From NCBI GenBank assembly GCA_965208835.1, contig OZ242358.1:224001-288000 (forward strand): a DNA stretch of 64,000 bases, in the 5' to 3' direction. A program made the position numbers and the translations under genes. The notes under the pieces were generated by a model that did not search any database, was not told the origin of the DNA, and was given only the letters and a program-made list of their open reading frames with translations. This DNA comes from Candidatus Latescibacterota bacterium. Lineage in GTDB: Bacteria; Latescibacterota; UBA2968; GCA-2709665. Of the stretch, positions 20,911 to 29,508 are shown one piece after another (within the stretch, counting starts at the first letter, position 1; each line of letters opens with the position of its first letter).

Positions 20911-21567
20911 ATGGAAATACGTGAATCATCGGTGTCCGAATTGGTGTCTGGCGCCGCGCAGGTAGAGACACTTGACAACAAAGAGGAAGGTCGCGCAGGA
21001 GATTACGATGTGTCCCGGGCTTTATCCGACCTGCGTTGCTCTCAGAAATTGACGCAGGAGGAACTGGCGGAACGGGCCGGCTGCACACAGAGCAAGATCT
21101 CGAGAATCGAAAACAGCAGCAACGATCGGCTCAAACTCGATGACCTGACGATGTACGCCCGCGCTTTCAATATGCAGGTTTCGATTGATTTCACACGGGA
21201 ATCGTCTTCCGCAGACGCCACCGAACGCCTCGCGCGCCAGATCAGGAACGGCCTTGTCGACGTGGCTGAAAGGGCGCGGCACGAAGGGGCCGCAGACGAA
21301 GGCGCGAAGAAGACTTACGAAGCATTCCTGTTTTCGATGCTCGAACTATTCATCGATAACCTGGAGGGGCTTCGCGCGCACCGCAACGACTCGCCGGAAT
21401 CTGGAGAGACGACGAGGGCGGGCAATGGCAGGCCGATGGGTCCCGCGGGCCAGAAAGAAACATTGAACCGCGAGAGACGGAATAACGGCTCTAGCGGATT
21501 CAGGATATACACACCGGTCGACGTCAATGAAGAGAACGGCAGGACCGAATCCCAACGCGAGCAGTGA
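20911..21567 (+). CDS. XRE-family helix-turn-helix regulator with C-terminal extension
   Basis: LRCSQKLTQEELAERAGCTQSKISRIEN is a canonical HTH_3 motif. GGAGG RBS upstream. Confidence 0.85.
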   Translation: MEIRESSVSELVSGAAQVETLDNKEEGRAGDYDVSRALSDLRCSQKLTQEELAERAGCTQSKISRIENSSNDRLKLDDLTMYARAFNMQVSIDFTRESSSADATERLARQIRNGLVDVAERARHEGAADEGAKKTYEAFLFSMLELFIDNLEGLRAHRNDSPESGETTRAGNGRPMGPAGQKETLNRERRNNGSSGFRIYTPVDVNEENGRTESQREQ

Positions 21568-21612
21568 GGAAGCCGGTGTGAAGGTGGGGTGGACATTCCT
21601 GTCTGCCCGCCT
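21567..21612 (+). repeat. Kelch-array leader repeat with REP-like palindrome (other copies ~22968, ~24215, ~25475, ~28216)
   Basis: Consensus gaagccggt(g/t)tg..ggtggggcggacattcctgtctgcc occurs five times between or around K3-K7. Confidence 0.85.
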
Positions 21613-21669
21613 CGCCAGCCTTAGCGCGTAGATGTCGCATTCACAGTCCCTCGCTGTGGAGTAAAGAAA

Positions 21670-22764
21670 ATGACAACCAGATTCTTGTTCGCACTATTAT
21701 TCCTATTGGGCGTCTGGGCCTGCGGTGGGGACTCGGTCACAACGCCGGAGCAGCCGGCCCTTGAACGGGGTCTCCACGAGGTCGGTATCATGACCCAGCC
21801 TCGGCTTCAACATTTCGCGACGTTAATGCAGAATGGCAAGGTTCTGATCGGGGGCGGATACGAGGAACCGCTCTCAACCCGTCGCATCAGCGCCGAAATA
21901 TTCGATCCATTGACAGGGACCTCTTCGCCAACGGGCAATATGACCGTCAGTCGATCCACGGACAAAGGTATCCTGCTTCCCGACGGTCGCATCCTGGTCA
22001 TGCCCAGATATCATGATTTCCCCGTTGAAATCTACGATCCTCACTCCGCTCGATTCGAAGCCCTGGCGAAAATTCCCTGGTTTCCGCCCATTGCCACTGC
22101 AAATTTGCTTCAAAGCGGCAGGATATTTGTGACCACACAGCAGCACACGGCTCTCTTCGACCCCGCTGCCGGCGCCTTTACCTCCGTAGTCGCGATGGAG
22201 GAAACACGAAAAAACCATACGTCGACGTTGCTATTGGACGGCCACGTGCTGATCGTCGGCGGGAGCACGGGGAATAACGAGTTGACCGGACGGAATCTGA
22301 TCTACCATCCCTCGTCAAATGGTTTTACGGAAGCCGGTCGTCTGCAGGTTGACCGCTGGGGCCATACGGCCTTGCTTCTCCATGACGGGAGAGTTCTGAT
22401 CCTGGGCGGCCATACCGGTTCGGAACAGGCAATCCTTGCCGAGATGTACGACACCGAAACCGACACGTTCTCGCCGGTCGGAGTGGCCGTGATTTCGCCG
22501 CTGGCTGCTCTGCTGCTGCCGTCCGGCAGAGTGTTGCTCATCCACGAGCCCAACGGCAATATCGTACTTTACAATCCGGATACGCATGAATTATCTCCTA
22601 CAGTGTACAGCATAGGACCGTGGCGAAGCGGCGCGACGGTTACGCTCCTTGAAGACAACCGGGTAATGATTGCCGGCGGCTGGAAGTACAGGGACAGCGC
22701 GACGCAAAGCGGGCAGGGTCAAGAGCGGGAGATGTCGGACCAGATTCTTATTTTCACGCCTTGA
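21670..22764 (+). CDS. Kelch-type beta-propeller lipoprotein (K3)
   Basis: Lipobox VWAC, Kelch blades, ends DQILIFTP. Confidence 0.9.
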   Translation: MTTRFLFALLFLLGVWACGGDSVTTPEQPALERGLHEVGIMTQPRLQHFATLMQNGKVLIGGGYEEPLSTRRISAEIFDPLTGTSSPTGNMTVSRSTDKGILLPDGRILVMPRYHDFPVEIYDPHSARFEALAKIPWFPPIATANLLQSGRIFVTTQQHTALFDPAAGAFTSVVAMEETRKNHTSTLLLDGHVLIVGGSTGNNELTGRNLIYHPSSNGFTEAGRLQVDRWGHTALLLHDGRVLILGGHTGSEQAILAEMYDTETDTFSPVGVAVISPLAALLLPSGRVLLIHEPNGNIVLYNPDTHELSPTVYSIGPWRSGATVTLLEDNRVMIAGGWKYRDSATQSGQGQEREMSDQILIFTP

Positions 22765-22794
22765 GAATAACCGTGTAACTGATCTGTCATGATG

Positions 22795-22908
22795 AGGAAA
22801 CCGCCATGCTGGCGATGGGTCCCCGCGCACAGGTTCGTCTACAATGGCCAAACGCTACCCGTACAATCGCGAAGACGGGAGATTCTTCGCTGCGCTCAGA
22901 ATGACATG
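22795..22908 (+). repeat. ~110-bp direct repeat (second copy ~28588-28697) ending in the palindromic unit agattcttcgctgcgctcagaatgaca (third unit at ~28498)
   Basis: Shared ggcgatgggtcc..cgcgcacaggttcgtctacaatggcca...gaagacgggagattcttcgct.cgctcagaatgacatg. Confidence 0.88.
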
Positions 22909-23070
22909 TGCTGTAATGTCCATCAGCGAAATGTGTCGGTGATACGTCGGCGTAGACCGCCACGCAGAGGAAGCCGGTTTGAGGGTGGGCCCGACATTCC
23001 TGTCTGCCCGCATCGCAAGGCTCATCGTGTCGATGTCGCACCCCGAGAACCTTGATTTGGGGGAAAGTAG

Positions 23071-24183
23071 ATGACTGCCAGAATCTTGTTTGGACTGTTA
23101 ATCGCCTCAAGCTTCTGGGCTTGCGGGAGCGACTCGGTGACGACGCCGGAGCAGCCGGACCGCGAGAGGGGACTCCACGAGGTCGGTACTATGAGCCAGC
23201 CGCGCTATATGCACGGCGCAACTCTATTGCAAGGTGGAGAGGTCCTGATCGCCGGGGGCAACGCGGCACTACCTCCTGCGGGAGAAGGTGTTTGGGAGTT
23301 CGATGGTCTTGTCAGCGCGGAGATTTTCGATCCTGAAACCGGGGTCTCAACGCCAACGGGAGACCTGACCGCCAGTCGATATGACGACCACGGCATATTG
23401 CTTCCTGACGGTCGTGCCCTGATCGTATCCGGTGTTCTTAATATCCCCATTGAGATGTACGACCCTCACTCCGGCAGATTCGATTCCGCGGCAAACGCGC
23501 CCTGGACAAATGGAGCCAGGACTGCCACCCTGCTGCCCAACGGAGAGGTCTTTTTGACCAGCTCCTTACAAGCGGGTGTCTTCAGCCCCGCTAAAGGTGC
23601 GTTTTCCGCCACATTCCGGATGTTTCCTAACCGTGTTGGCCATACGGCGACTCTGTTGAAGGACGGCAGGGTGTTGATCGTTGGAGGTAAACTCTGGGGA
23701 GGGGAATGGTTGCTGGGACAGAATCTTATCTATGATCCCTCGTTCGAAGCCTTTTCGGAAGCAGGTAACTTGCAGTTCGACCGCGCACACCATAAGGCGG
23801 TGCTTCTTCAGGACGGCAGGGTATTGATCGTCGGCGGCCACACCGATCCTTGGGATCGCGTACAGACGGCCGAGATCTACGATCCCAAAACAGACACCTT
23901 CTCTCCCGCCGGAACTTCCGCAATGGATCCGTTGGCCGCCCTGTTGCTGCCGTCCGGCAGGGTATTTTTCATTCACTCAGACAACGGCAATATCTCCTTT
24001 TATAATCCGGATACTCAATTATTTTCGCCGCCTACAGGGCACAGTCTAGGTTCGTGGCGAAACGGGGCGACGGTAACGCCCCTCGAAGACGGTCGCGTAG
24101 TTATAGCCGGCGGATTGAAATGGCGTGATGACAGTCATTCTCATGAGTCGATATCGGATCAGATTTTCATCTTCACGCCATGA
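23071..24183 (+). CDS. Kelch-type beta-propeller lipoprotein (K4)
   Basis: Lipobox FWAC, Kelch blades, ends DQIFIFTP. Confidence 0.9.
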   Translation: MTARILFGLLIASSFWACGSDSVTTPEQPDRERGLHEVGTMSQPRYMHGATLLQGGEVLIAGGNAALPPAGEGVWEFDGLVSAEIFDPETGVSTPTGDLTASRYDDHGILLPDGRALIVSGVLNIPIEMYDPHSGRFDSAANAPWTNGARTATLLPNGEVFLTSSLQAGVFSPAKGAFSATFRMFPNRVGHTATLLKDGRVLIVGGKLWGGEWLLGQNLIYDPSFEAFSEAGNLQFDRAHHKAVLLQDGRVLIVGGHTDPWDRVQTAEIYDPKTDTFSPAGTSAMDPLAALLLPSGRVFFIHSDNGNISFYNPDTQLFSPPTGHSLGSWRNGATVTPLEDGRVVIAGGLKWRDDSHSHESISDQIFIFTP

Positions 24184-24315
24184 GAGTCACAGGAGTCACT
24201 TTTGTCGACCGGATGAAGCCGGTGTGTGGTTGGGGCGGACATTCCTGTCTGCCCGCGTCGCCAGCCCGATCGCAAAGCCGTCTCACTCACTGACCCTTGA
24301 TGCGGGGGAAGGAAA

Positions 24316-25443
24316 ATGACCGCCAGAATCTTGTTTGCGCTGTTAATCGTCTCGAGCCTCTGGGCTTGCGGGAGCGATTCGGTGACGGCGCCGGCCCTTG
24401 AACGGGGTCTCCACGAGGTCGGCAATCTGAGCCAGCCCCGGTATTGGCATGCCGCGACTTTGTTGCAGAACGGCAAGGTCCTGATCGCGGGCGGCCTCGA
24501 GGAACTGCCTGTCGTACTCGAGGGGCCGCCTCCTCCGAATACCGACATACCCCAGCCGAAGCGTCTCATCAGCGCGGAAATATTCGACCCTGAAACCGGG
24601 ACCTCAACGCCAACGGGAGACCTGGCCGCCAGTCGCAGCGAGGACCATGGAATATTGCTTCCCGACGGCCGGGTCCTGATCATACCCGGAAATCCCAATC
24701 TGCCCATTGAGAGGTACGATGCTCATTCCGGCAGATTCAACCCTGTGGCAGTTTTGCCTGGGAGAGTTGGGATTCTGACTGCCACTTTGCTTCTCGACGG
24801 AAAGGTCTTCCTGACCAGCACGCTATACGCGGGTGTGTTCGACCCAACTACAGGCCCATTCTCCCCCCTATTCAGGATGGAACCTTCCCGAATTGGCCAC
24901 ACGGCCACTTTGTTGAAGGACGGCAGGGTGTTGATCGTTGGAGGACAGAATGTTGGAGGGGACGCAGGGTTGCTGGGACGGAATCTTATCTATGATCCCT
25001 CGACCGAAGCCCTTTCGGAAGCAGGTAACTTGCAGTTCGACCGCAGGAATCATAAGGCGGTGCTACTGGAGGACGGGAGGGTCCTGATCATAGGCGGCGC
25101 CGCCGCCGGCAGAGGGCCATTCGTGCAGACGGCAGAGATCTACGACCCGGAAGCCAATACCTATTCACCGGCCGGCGTCTCAACGATCGATCCCAGCGCC
25201 GCCCTGCTGTTGCCGTCCGGCAACGTGTTTCTTATCCGCTCGTACAACGGCGATATCGTACTGTATGATCCCGTCACGCACGCATTTTCCAATACAGGAT
25301 ACAGCATCAGCCCGCGCAGGTCCTTTGCGACGGCCACGCTCCTTGAAGACGGCCGCGTGATGGTCGCTGGCGGAATCAAGTGGACGGCTGACAATCACGA
25401 TTGGGAGTCGATTACGGATCAGATTTTCGTTTTCACCCCGTGA
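24316..25443 (+). CDS. Kelch-type beta-propeller lipoprotein (K5)
   Basis: Lipobox LWAC, Kelch blades, ends DQIFVFTP. Confidence 0.9.
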   Translation: MTARILFALLIVSSLWACGSDSVTAPALERGLHEVGNLSQPRYWHAATLLQNGKVLIAGGLEELPVVLEGPPPPNTDIPQPKRLISAEIFDPETGTSTPTGDLAASRSEDHGILLPDGRVLIIPGNPNLPIERYDAHSGRFNPVAVLPGRVGILTATLLLDGKVFLTSTLYAGVFDPTTGPFSPLFRMEPSRIGHTATLLKDGRVLIVGGQNVGGDAGLLGRNLIYDPSTEALSEAGNLQFDRRNHKAVLLEDGRVLIIGGAAAGRGPFVQTAEIYDPEANTYSPAGVSTIDPSAALLLPSGNVFLIRSYNGDIVLYDPVTHAFSNTGYSISPRRSFATATLLEDGRVMVAGGIKWTADNHDWESITDQIFVFTP

Positions 25444-25474
25444 GACACACAGGAGTCACTACTGTCAATAGGAA

Positions 25475-25679
25475 GAAGCCGGTTTGAAGGTGGGGCGGAC
25501 GTTCCTGGCTGCCGGCATCAACGTGCTGCTGTCGGAATGCAGATTGAGGGAGCAGAGGGCAGGTTTGAAACCTGCCCCTACAATTGATTTATCCGGTCAG
25601 ATTCTCATCCAGAGGACTTGTCCTGAGCTTGTCGAAGGGTCCCCCAGGCCGACGAAGGACCTACTGCAGCACGGGATCA
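25475..25679 (+). repeat. 205-bp direct repeat, copy 1 (copy 2 at 28219-28423)
   Basis: Near-identical copies (about 7 differences by eye). Contains the REP-like palindromes gggcaggtttgaaacctgcccctac and cctgagcttgtcgaagg. Confidence 0.92.
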
Positions 25680-25866
25680 TCTCTGCGCGAATTCCATGTG
25701 GCGTTACCTGAGAGGCAGCACATCCGCCTCCTGCGCGGAACGGAAGGGCGACTCTACGACACCGTTCAGAGTCACTCATTGGGCCGCCGCCCTGAACCTG
25801 TCGAAGGGCAGGCGACGGCAGATGCGGTGGGGGGATTTCAGTTCAATTTCAATTGAGGGAGAGAAT

Positions 25867-27003
25867 ATGACTGCACGAATCTTGTTTGCGTTGTTCGTCG
25901 TCACGAGCCTATGGGCTTGCGGAAGCGATTCGGTGACCACGTCGGCGCCGCCGGCCCTTGAACGGGGTCTCCACGAGGTCGGTAATCTGAGCAAGCCCCG
26001 GTATTGGCATGCCGCGACATTATTGCAGGATGGGAAGGTCCTGATCGCCGGCGGCTACGCGGAGTTGATTCCCGTACTCGATGCGCCGCCTCCCCCGAAT
26101 ACCGTTATTCCCCGGCCGGAGCGTCATATCAGCGCAGAGTTGTTCGATCCTGTGACCGGGACCACTACCCCTACGGGAGACATGACCGTGAGTCGCAGCG
26201 GGGACCACGGAATAATGCTTCCCGACGGTCGAGTCATAATCATCCCCGGATCTGCCCGTCTTCCCATCGAGATGTACGATCCCGAGTCGGGCAGATTCGA
26301 CTTTGTGGCAAACGTGCCTGGGGATGTGGGGATCCGGACTGCCACGCTACTGCCCAACGGAGAGGTCTTTTTGACCAGCACGGTACACGCGGGTGTGTTT
26401 GACCCGGATACAGGTACATTTCCCGCCGTTTTCGCTATGGATCAGCCACGATTCGGTCATACGGCGACTTTATTGAAGGACGGCCGCGTGCTGATCGTTG
26501 GGGGGAAGATAGTGGCAAGCGACACCAGGCTGGTCGGCAGAAACCTGATTTACGATTCCTCCTCCGAAGCTTTTTCAGAAGCAGGCGATCTGCAGTTCGA
26601 CCGACTGAATCACAAAGCGGTGCTTCTTCAGGACGGCGGAGTCCTGATCATGGGCGGTAGCGATGCCGATTTTCGGAAGTCCGTACAGACCGCGGAGATG
26701 TACGATCCTGAAACCAACACGTTTTCACCAGTCGGCGTTTCGACAATTGAACCGCTGGCCGCGTGGTTGCTGCCTTCCGGCAGAGTGATGTTCATACGCT
26801 CGATTAACGGCGATATCGTACTATACAATCCCGCAACACATGAATTCTCTCGCACGGGACACAGCATAGGGTGGCGGTCGTCGCCTACGGTAACGCTGCT
26901 TGCAGACGGCCGCGTGATGATTGCCGGTGGTTCGAAGGATACCGGCAGTGGACACACGTTCGAGGAGGAGATAACGGATCAGATCCTGATCTTCACGCCT
27001 TAG
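25867..27003 (+). CDS. Kelch-type beta-propeller lipoprotein (K6)
   Basis: Start set at MTARILF (25867) by homology to the paralogs and a GAGGGAG RBS. Lipobox LWAC, ends DQILIFTP. Confidence 0.9.
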   Translation: MTARILFALFVVTSLWACGSDSVTTSAPPALERGLHEVGNLSKPRYWHAATLLQDGKVLIAGGYAELIPVLDAPPPPNTVIPRPERHISAELFDPVTGTTTPTGDMTVSRSGDHGIMLPDGRVIIIPGSARLPIEMYDPESGRFDFVANVPGDVGIRTATLLPNGEVFLTSTVHAGVFDPDTGTFPAVFAMDQPRFGHTATLLKDGRVLIVGGKIVASDTRLVGRNLIYDSSSEAFSEAGDLQFDRLNHKAVLLQDGGVLIMGGSDADFRKSVQTAEMYDPETNTFSPVGVSTIEPLAAWLLPSGRVMFIRSINGDIVLYNPATHEFSRTGHSIGWRSSPTVTLLADGRVMIAGGSKDTGSGHTFEEEITDQILIFTP

Positions 27004-27046
27004 AGACGCGCTTAAAGACATCAGGTCTAACCCCGGGGGAAAGAAA

Positions 27047-28186
27047 ATGGCCACCAGAATATTGTTTGCGTTGTTCGTCGTTACGAGCGTATGGGCCTGT
27101 GGCGGCGATTCGGTGACCACGTCGGCGCCGCCGGCCCTTGAAAGGGGTCTCCACGAGGTCGGCAATCTGAATCAGCAACGGCATTGGCACGCGGCAACAT
27201 TGTTGCCGAACGGAAAGGTCCTGATCGCAGGCGGCCTGGCGGAGCCGCCTGAGGAAGTCCAGGACCCGTCGCCGGGCGGTACTGTCATCTGGCGGCCCTC
27301 GGGTCCTCTCGCCAGCGCGGAGGTGTTCGATCCTGAAACGGGGGTCTCTACGCCAACCGGAGATTTGACCGTCAGACGTTACAACGACAATGGATTCTTG
27401 CTTCCTGACGGTCGCGTCCTGATCATGCCCGGAAATGGAATTCTCCCAATAGAGATGTACGATCCGCATTCCGGCAGATTCGACGCCGTGGCAGGGATGC
27501 CGTCCAATGTAGACATCACGACTGCAACGCTGCTACCCAATGGAGAGGTCTTTGTGACCAGCTGGGACCACACGGGTGTCTTCGATCCGGATGCGCGCGC
27601 ATTTCACTCCATCTTTAAGAGGGAGGAAACTCGAAGACTCCATACAGCGACGCTCTTGAAGGACGGACGCGTGTTGATCGTTGGAGGATTACGTGGCGGG
27701 CAATTCGAAGACGGGTTGGTTGGACGGAACGTCCTTTACGATCCCACTTCCAGGGGTGTATCCGAAGCTGGTAATCTGCAGTTCGACCGCATAAACCATA
27801 AGGCGGTGCTTCTTCAGGACGGCAGGGTCCTGATCTTAGGCGGTACCACGAATAGACGGTCGTGGGTACAGACGGCCGAGATCTATAATCCTGAAACCAA
27901 TACCTTTTCGCCGGCTGGGGTTTCTACGATCGACCCGAGCGCCGCCGTGCTGTTGCCGTCCGGCGACGTGCTCCTCATCCGATCGTATAACGGCGATATC
28001 GCACTGTATAATCCCGATACGCATGTATTTTCACCTACGGGACACAGCATTGGATGGCGGTCGTTGCCTACGGTAACGCTGCTTGCAGACGGCCGCGTCA
28101 TGATTGCCGGCGGAGCGAAGGATACCGGCGATGGGCATTCCGTCAAGGAGGAGATTACGGATCAGATTCTCATTTTCACGCCCTGA
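27047..28186 (+). CDS. Kelch-type beta-propeller lipoprotein (K7)
   Basis: Lipobox VWAC, Kelch blades, ends DQILIFTP. Confidence 0.9.
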   Translation: MATRILFALFVVTSVWACGGDSVTTSAPPALERGLHEVGNLNQQRHWHAATLLPNGKVLIAGGLAEPPEEVQDPSPGGTVIWRPSGPLASAEVFDPETGVSTPTGDLTVRRYNDNGFLLPDGRVLIMPGNGILPIEMYDPHSGRFDAVAGMPSNVDITTATLLPNGEVFVTSWDHTGVFDPDARAFHSIFKREETRRLHTATLLKDGRVLIVGGLRGGQFEDGLVGRNVLYDPTSRGVSEAGNLQFDRINHKAVLLQDGRVLILGGTTNRRSWVQTAEIYNPETNTFSPAGVSTIDPSAAVLLPSGDVLLIRSYNGDIALYNPDTHVFSPTGHSIGWRSLPTVTLLADGRVMIAGGAKDTGDGHSVKEEITDQILIFTP

Positions 28187-28218
28187 GTGTTACCGCGTAC
28201 CCGGTCTGTAGCGCCGAG

Positions 28219-28423
28219 GAAGCCGGTTTGAGGGTGGGGCGGACATTCCTGTCTGCCGGCATCAACATGCTGCTGTCGGAATGCAGATTGAGGGAGCAGA
28301 GGGCAGGTTTGAAACCTGCCCCTACAATTGATTTATCCGGTCAGATTCTCATCCAGAGGACTTGCCCTGAGCTTGTCGAAGGGTCCCCCAGGCCGACGAA
28401 GGATCTACTGCAGCATGGGATCA
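28219..28423 (+). repeat. 205-bp direct repeat, copy 2
   Basis: Matches 25475-25679. Confidence 0.92.
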
Positions 28424-28528
28424 ACCCGGTGCGATTTGCCCGTGTCCATATCTGCGAGGCAGCACGTCCTCTTCCTGTGCGGAACGTAAGTGACGGTAGA
28501 TTCTTCGCTGCGCTCAGAATGACATGAT

Positions 28529-28557
28529 TTGCAATAACCGGGGACGAAATGTATACT
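28529..28557 (+). promoter_or_regulatory. sigma70-type promoter, copy 1
   Basis: TTGCAA - 17 bp - TATACT. Confidence 0.55.
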
Positions 28558-28699
28558 TAGTTCGTGAGCTAGAACTGTGATGCAAAGGAGGCCGCCACGA
28601 AGGCGATGGGTCCGCGCACAGGTTCGTCTACAATGGCCACATGCTACACGTTCAATCGAGAAGACGGGAGATTCTTCGCTACGCTCAGAATGACATGAT

Positions 28700-28728
28700 T
28701 TGCAATAACCGGTGTCGAAATGTATACT
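28700..28728 (+). promoter_or_regulatory. sigma70-type promoter, copy 2, upstream of the TlpA gene
   Basis: TTGCAA - 17 bp - TATACT, duplicated together with the preceding repeat. Confidence 0.6.
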
Positions 28729-28799
28729 TCAATTGCGGGCCCGGACTGTAATTCTGAGGAAGCCGGTGTCTGGTTTACAGAATTGGAGAGGACTGCAAA

Positions 28800-29336
28800 A
28801 TGCAACTGAGGTTTGGATGGAAATCCTGGGTGTTGATGGGCATCGCGGTTGTGCTGGCGGGTGTCGCTCTGGGGCAGATGCTCGTGGAGACGCCGGAGCC
28901 GCAGAACGCACTGCCCGTGGGCCCGGCCGCACCCGACTTCGCGCTGGACAGCCCGGACGGCTCGGTTATCCGGTTATCCGATAATAAGGACCGTGTTGTC
29001 CTGATCAACTTCTGGGCCACCTGGTGCGTACCGTGCCTGTACGAATTGCCGCATATTCAGAAGTTGCACGAACGGTATCGCAATAGGGGCCTGACAGTAC
29101 TTGCCATCAGCTCCGACTTCGACCGGGCGCGCGTGGAGCCGTTTGTCCGGAAAAACGGCTACACCTTTCCGGTGCTGTTCGCCGATCCCGGCGTTCAATC
29201 CGACTACGACGTCCGGAGCATTCCAACCACCTATCTGGTCGACAGGAAAGGCCGCCTCAGATTCGCGCAAACGGGCTACGGACCCGACACGGAAACGGAA
29301 CTGGACTGGGCGCTCGAACAGCTGTTGGGAAGGTAG
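28800..29336 (+). CDS. TlpA/ResA-family membrane-anchored thiol-disulfide oxidoreductase
   Basis: N-terminal TM helix, APDF, LINFWATWCVPC and cis-Pro loop SIPTTYLVD. Confidence 0.92.
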   Translation: MQLRFGWKSWVLMGIAVVLAGVALGQMLVETPEPQNALPVGPAAPDFALDSPDGSVIRLSDNKDRVVLINFWATWCVPCLYELPHIQKLHERYRNRGLTVLAISSDFDRARVEPFVRKNGYTFPVLFADPGVQSDYDVRSIPTTYLVDRKGRLRFAQTGYGPDTETELDWALEQLLGR

Positions 29337-29508
29337 ACGTAGAAGGGAATTCGTCCGGAGTGCGGTGAGGTAATGGTAAACTGGGCGTGTGCGGGGGAAT
29401 GAGCGGCAGGGGTCTGCGCGGAACGGCTCAGGTCCAGGAATGCATCGCCACCCGGTTGTCCTCGCAGTCTTCGAAATGAGCGACGAAACCGTGTTCGCCG
29501 ATATTCCG

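Noticed and set aside
20808-20924. 38-codon ORF before the XRE gene as a remnant RelE/HigB toxin
   Set aside because: It is too short, and only an IYRVRF resemblance supports it.
25484-25866. Small ORFs and the 57-aa N-terminal extension of K6 (also 22789-23055, 28054-28527)
   Set aside because: They are translations of palindromic repeat DNA. Paralog alignment places the true K6 start at 25867.
6813-28186. Diversity-generating retroelement driving Kelch or GWxTD variation
   Set aside because: No reverse transcriptase and no TR/VR pair in the window. Differences include indels and all base types, not adenine-specific substitutions.
6813-28186. Calling the Kelch proteins galactose/glyoxal oxidases
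   Set aside because: They are propeller-only lipoproteins lacking the C-terminal domain and any conserved Cys other than the lipobox Cys, so the Cys-Tyr copper-radical site is unsupported.
21567-28423. CRISPR array or integron cassette array
   Set aside because: The repeats are separated by >1-kb paralogous genes, not short unique spacers. No cas or intI gene is present, and I saw no clear RYYYAAC...GTTRRRY attC ends.
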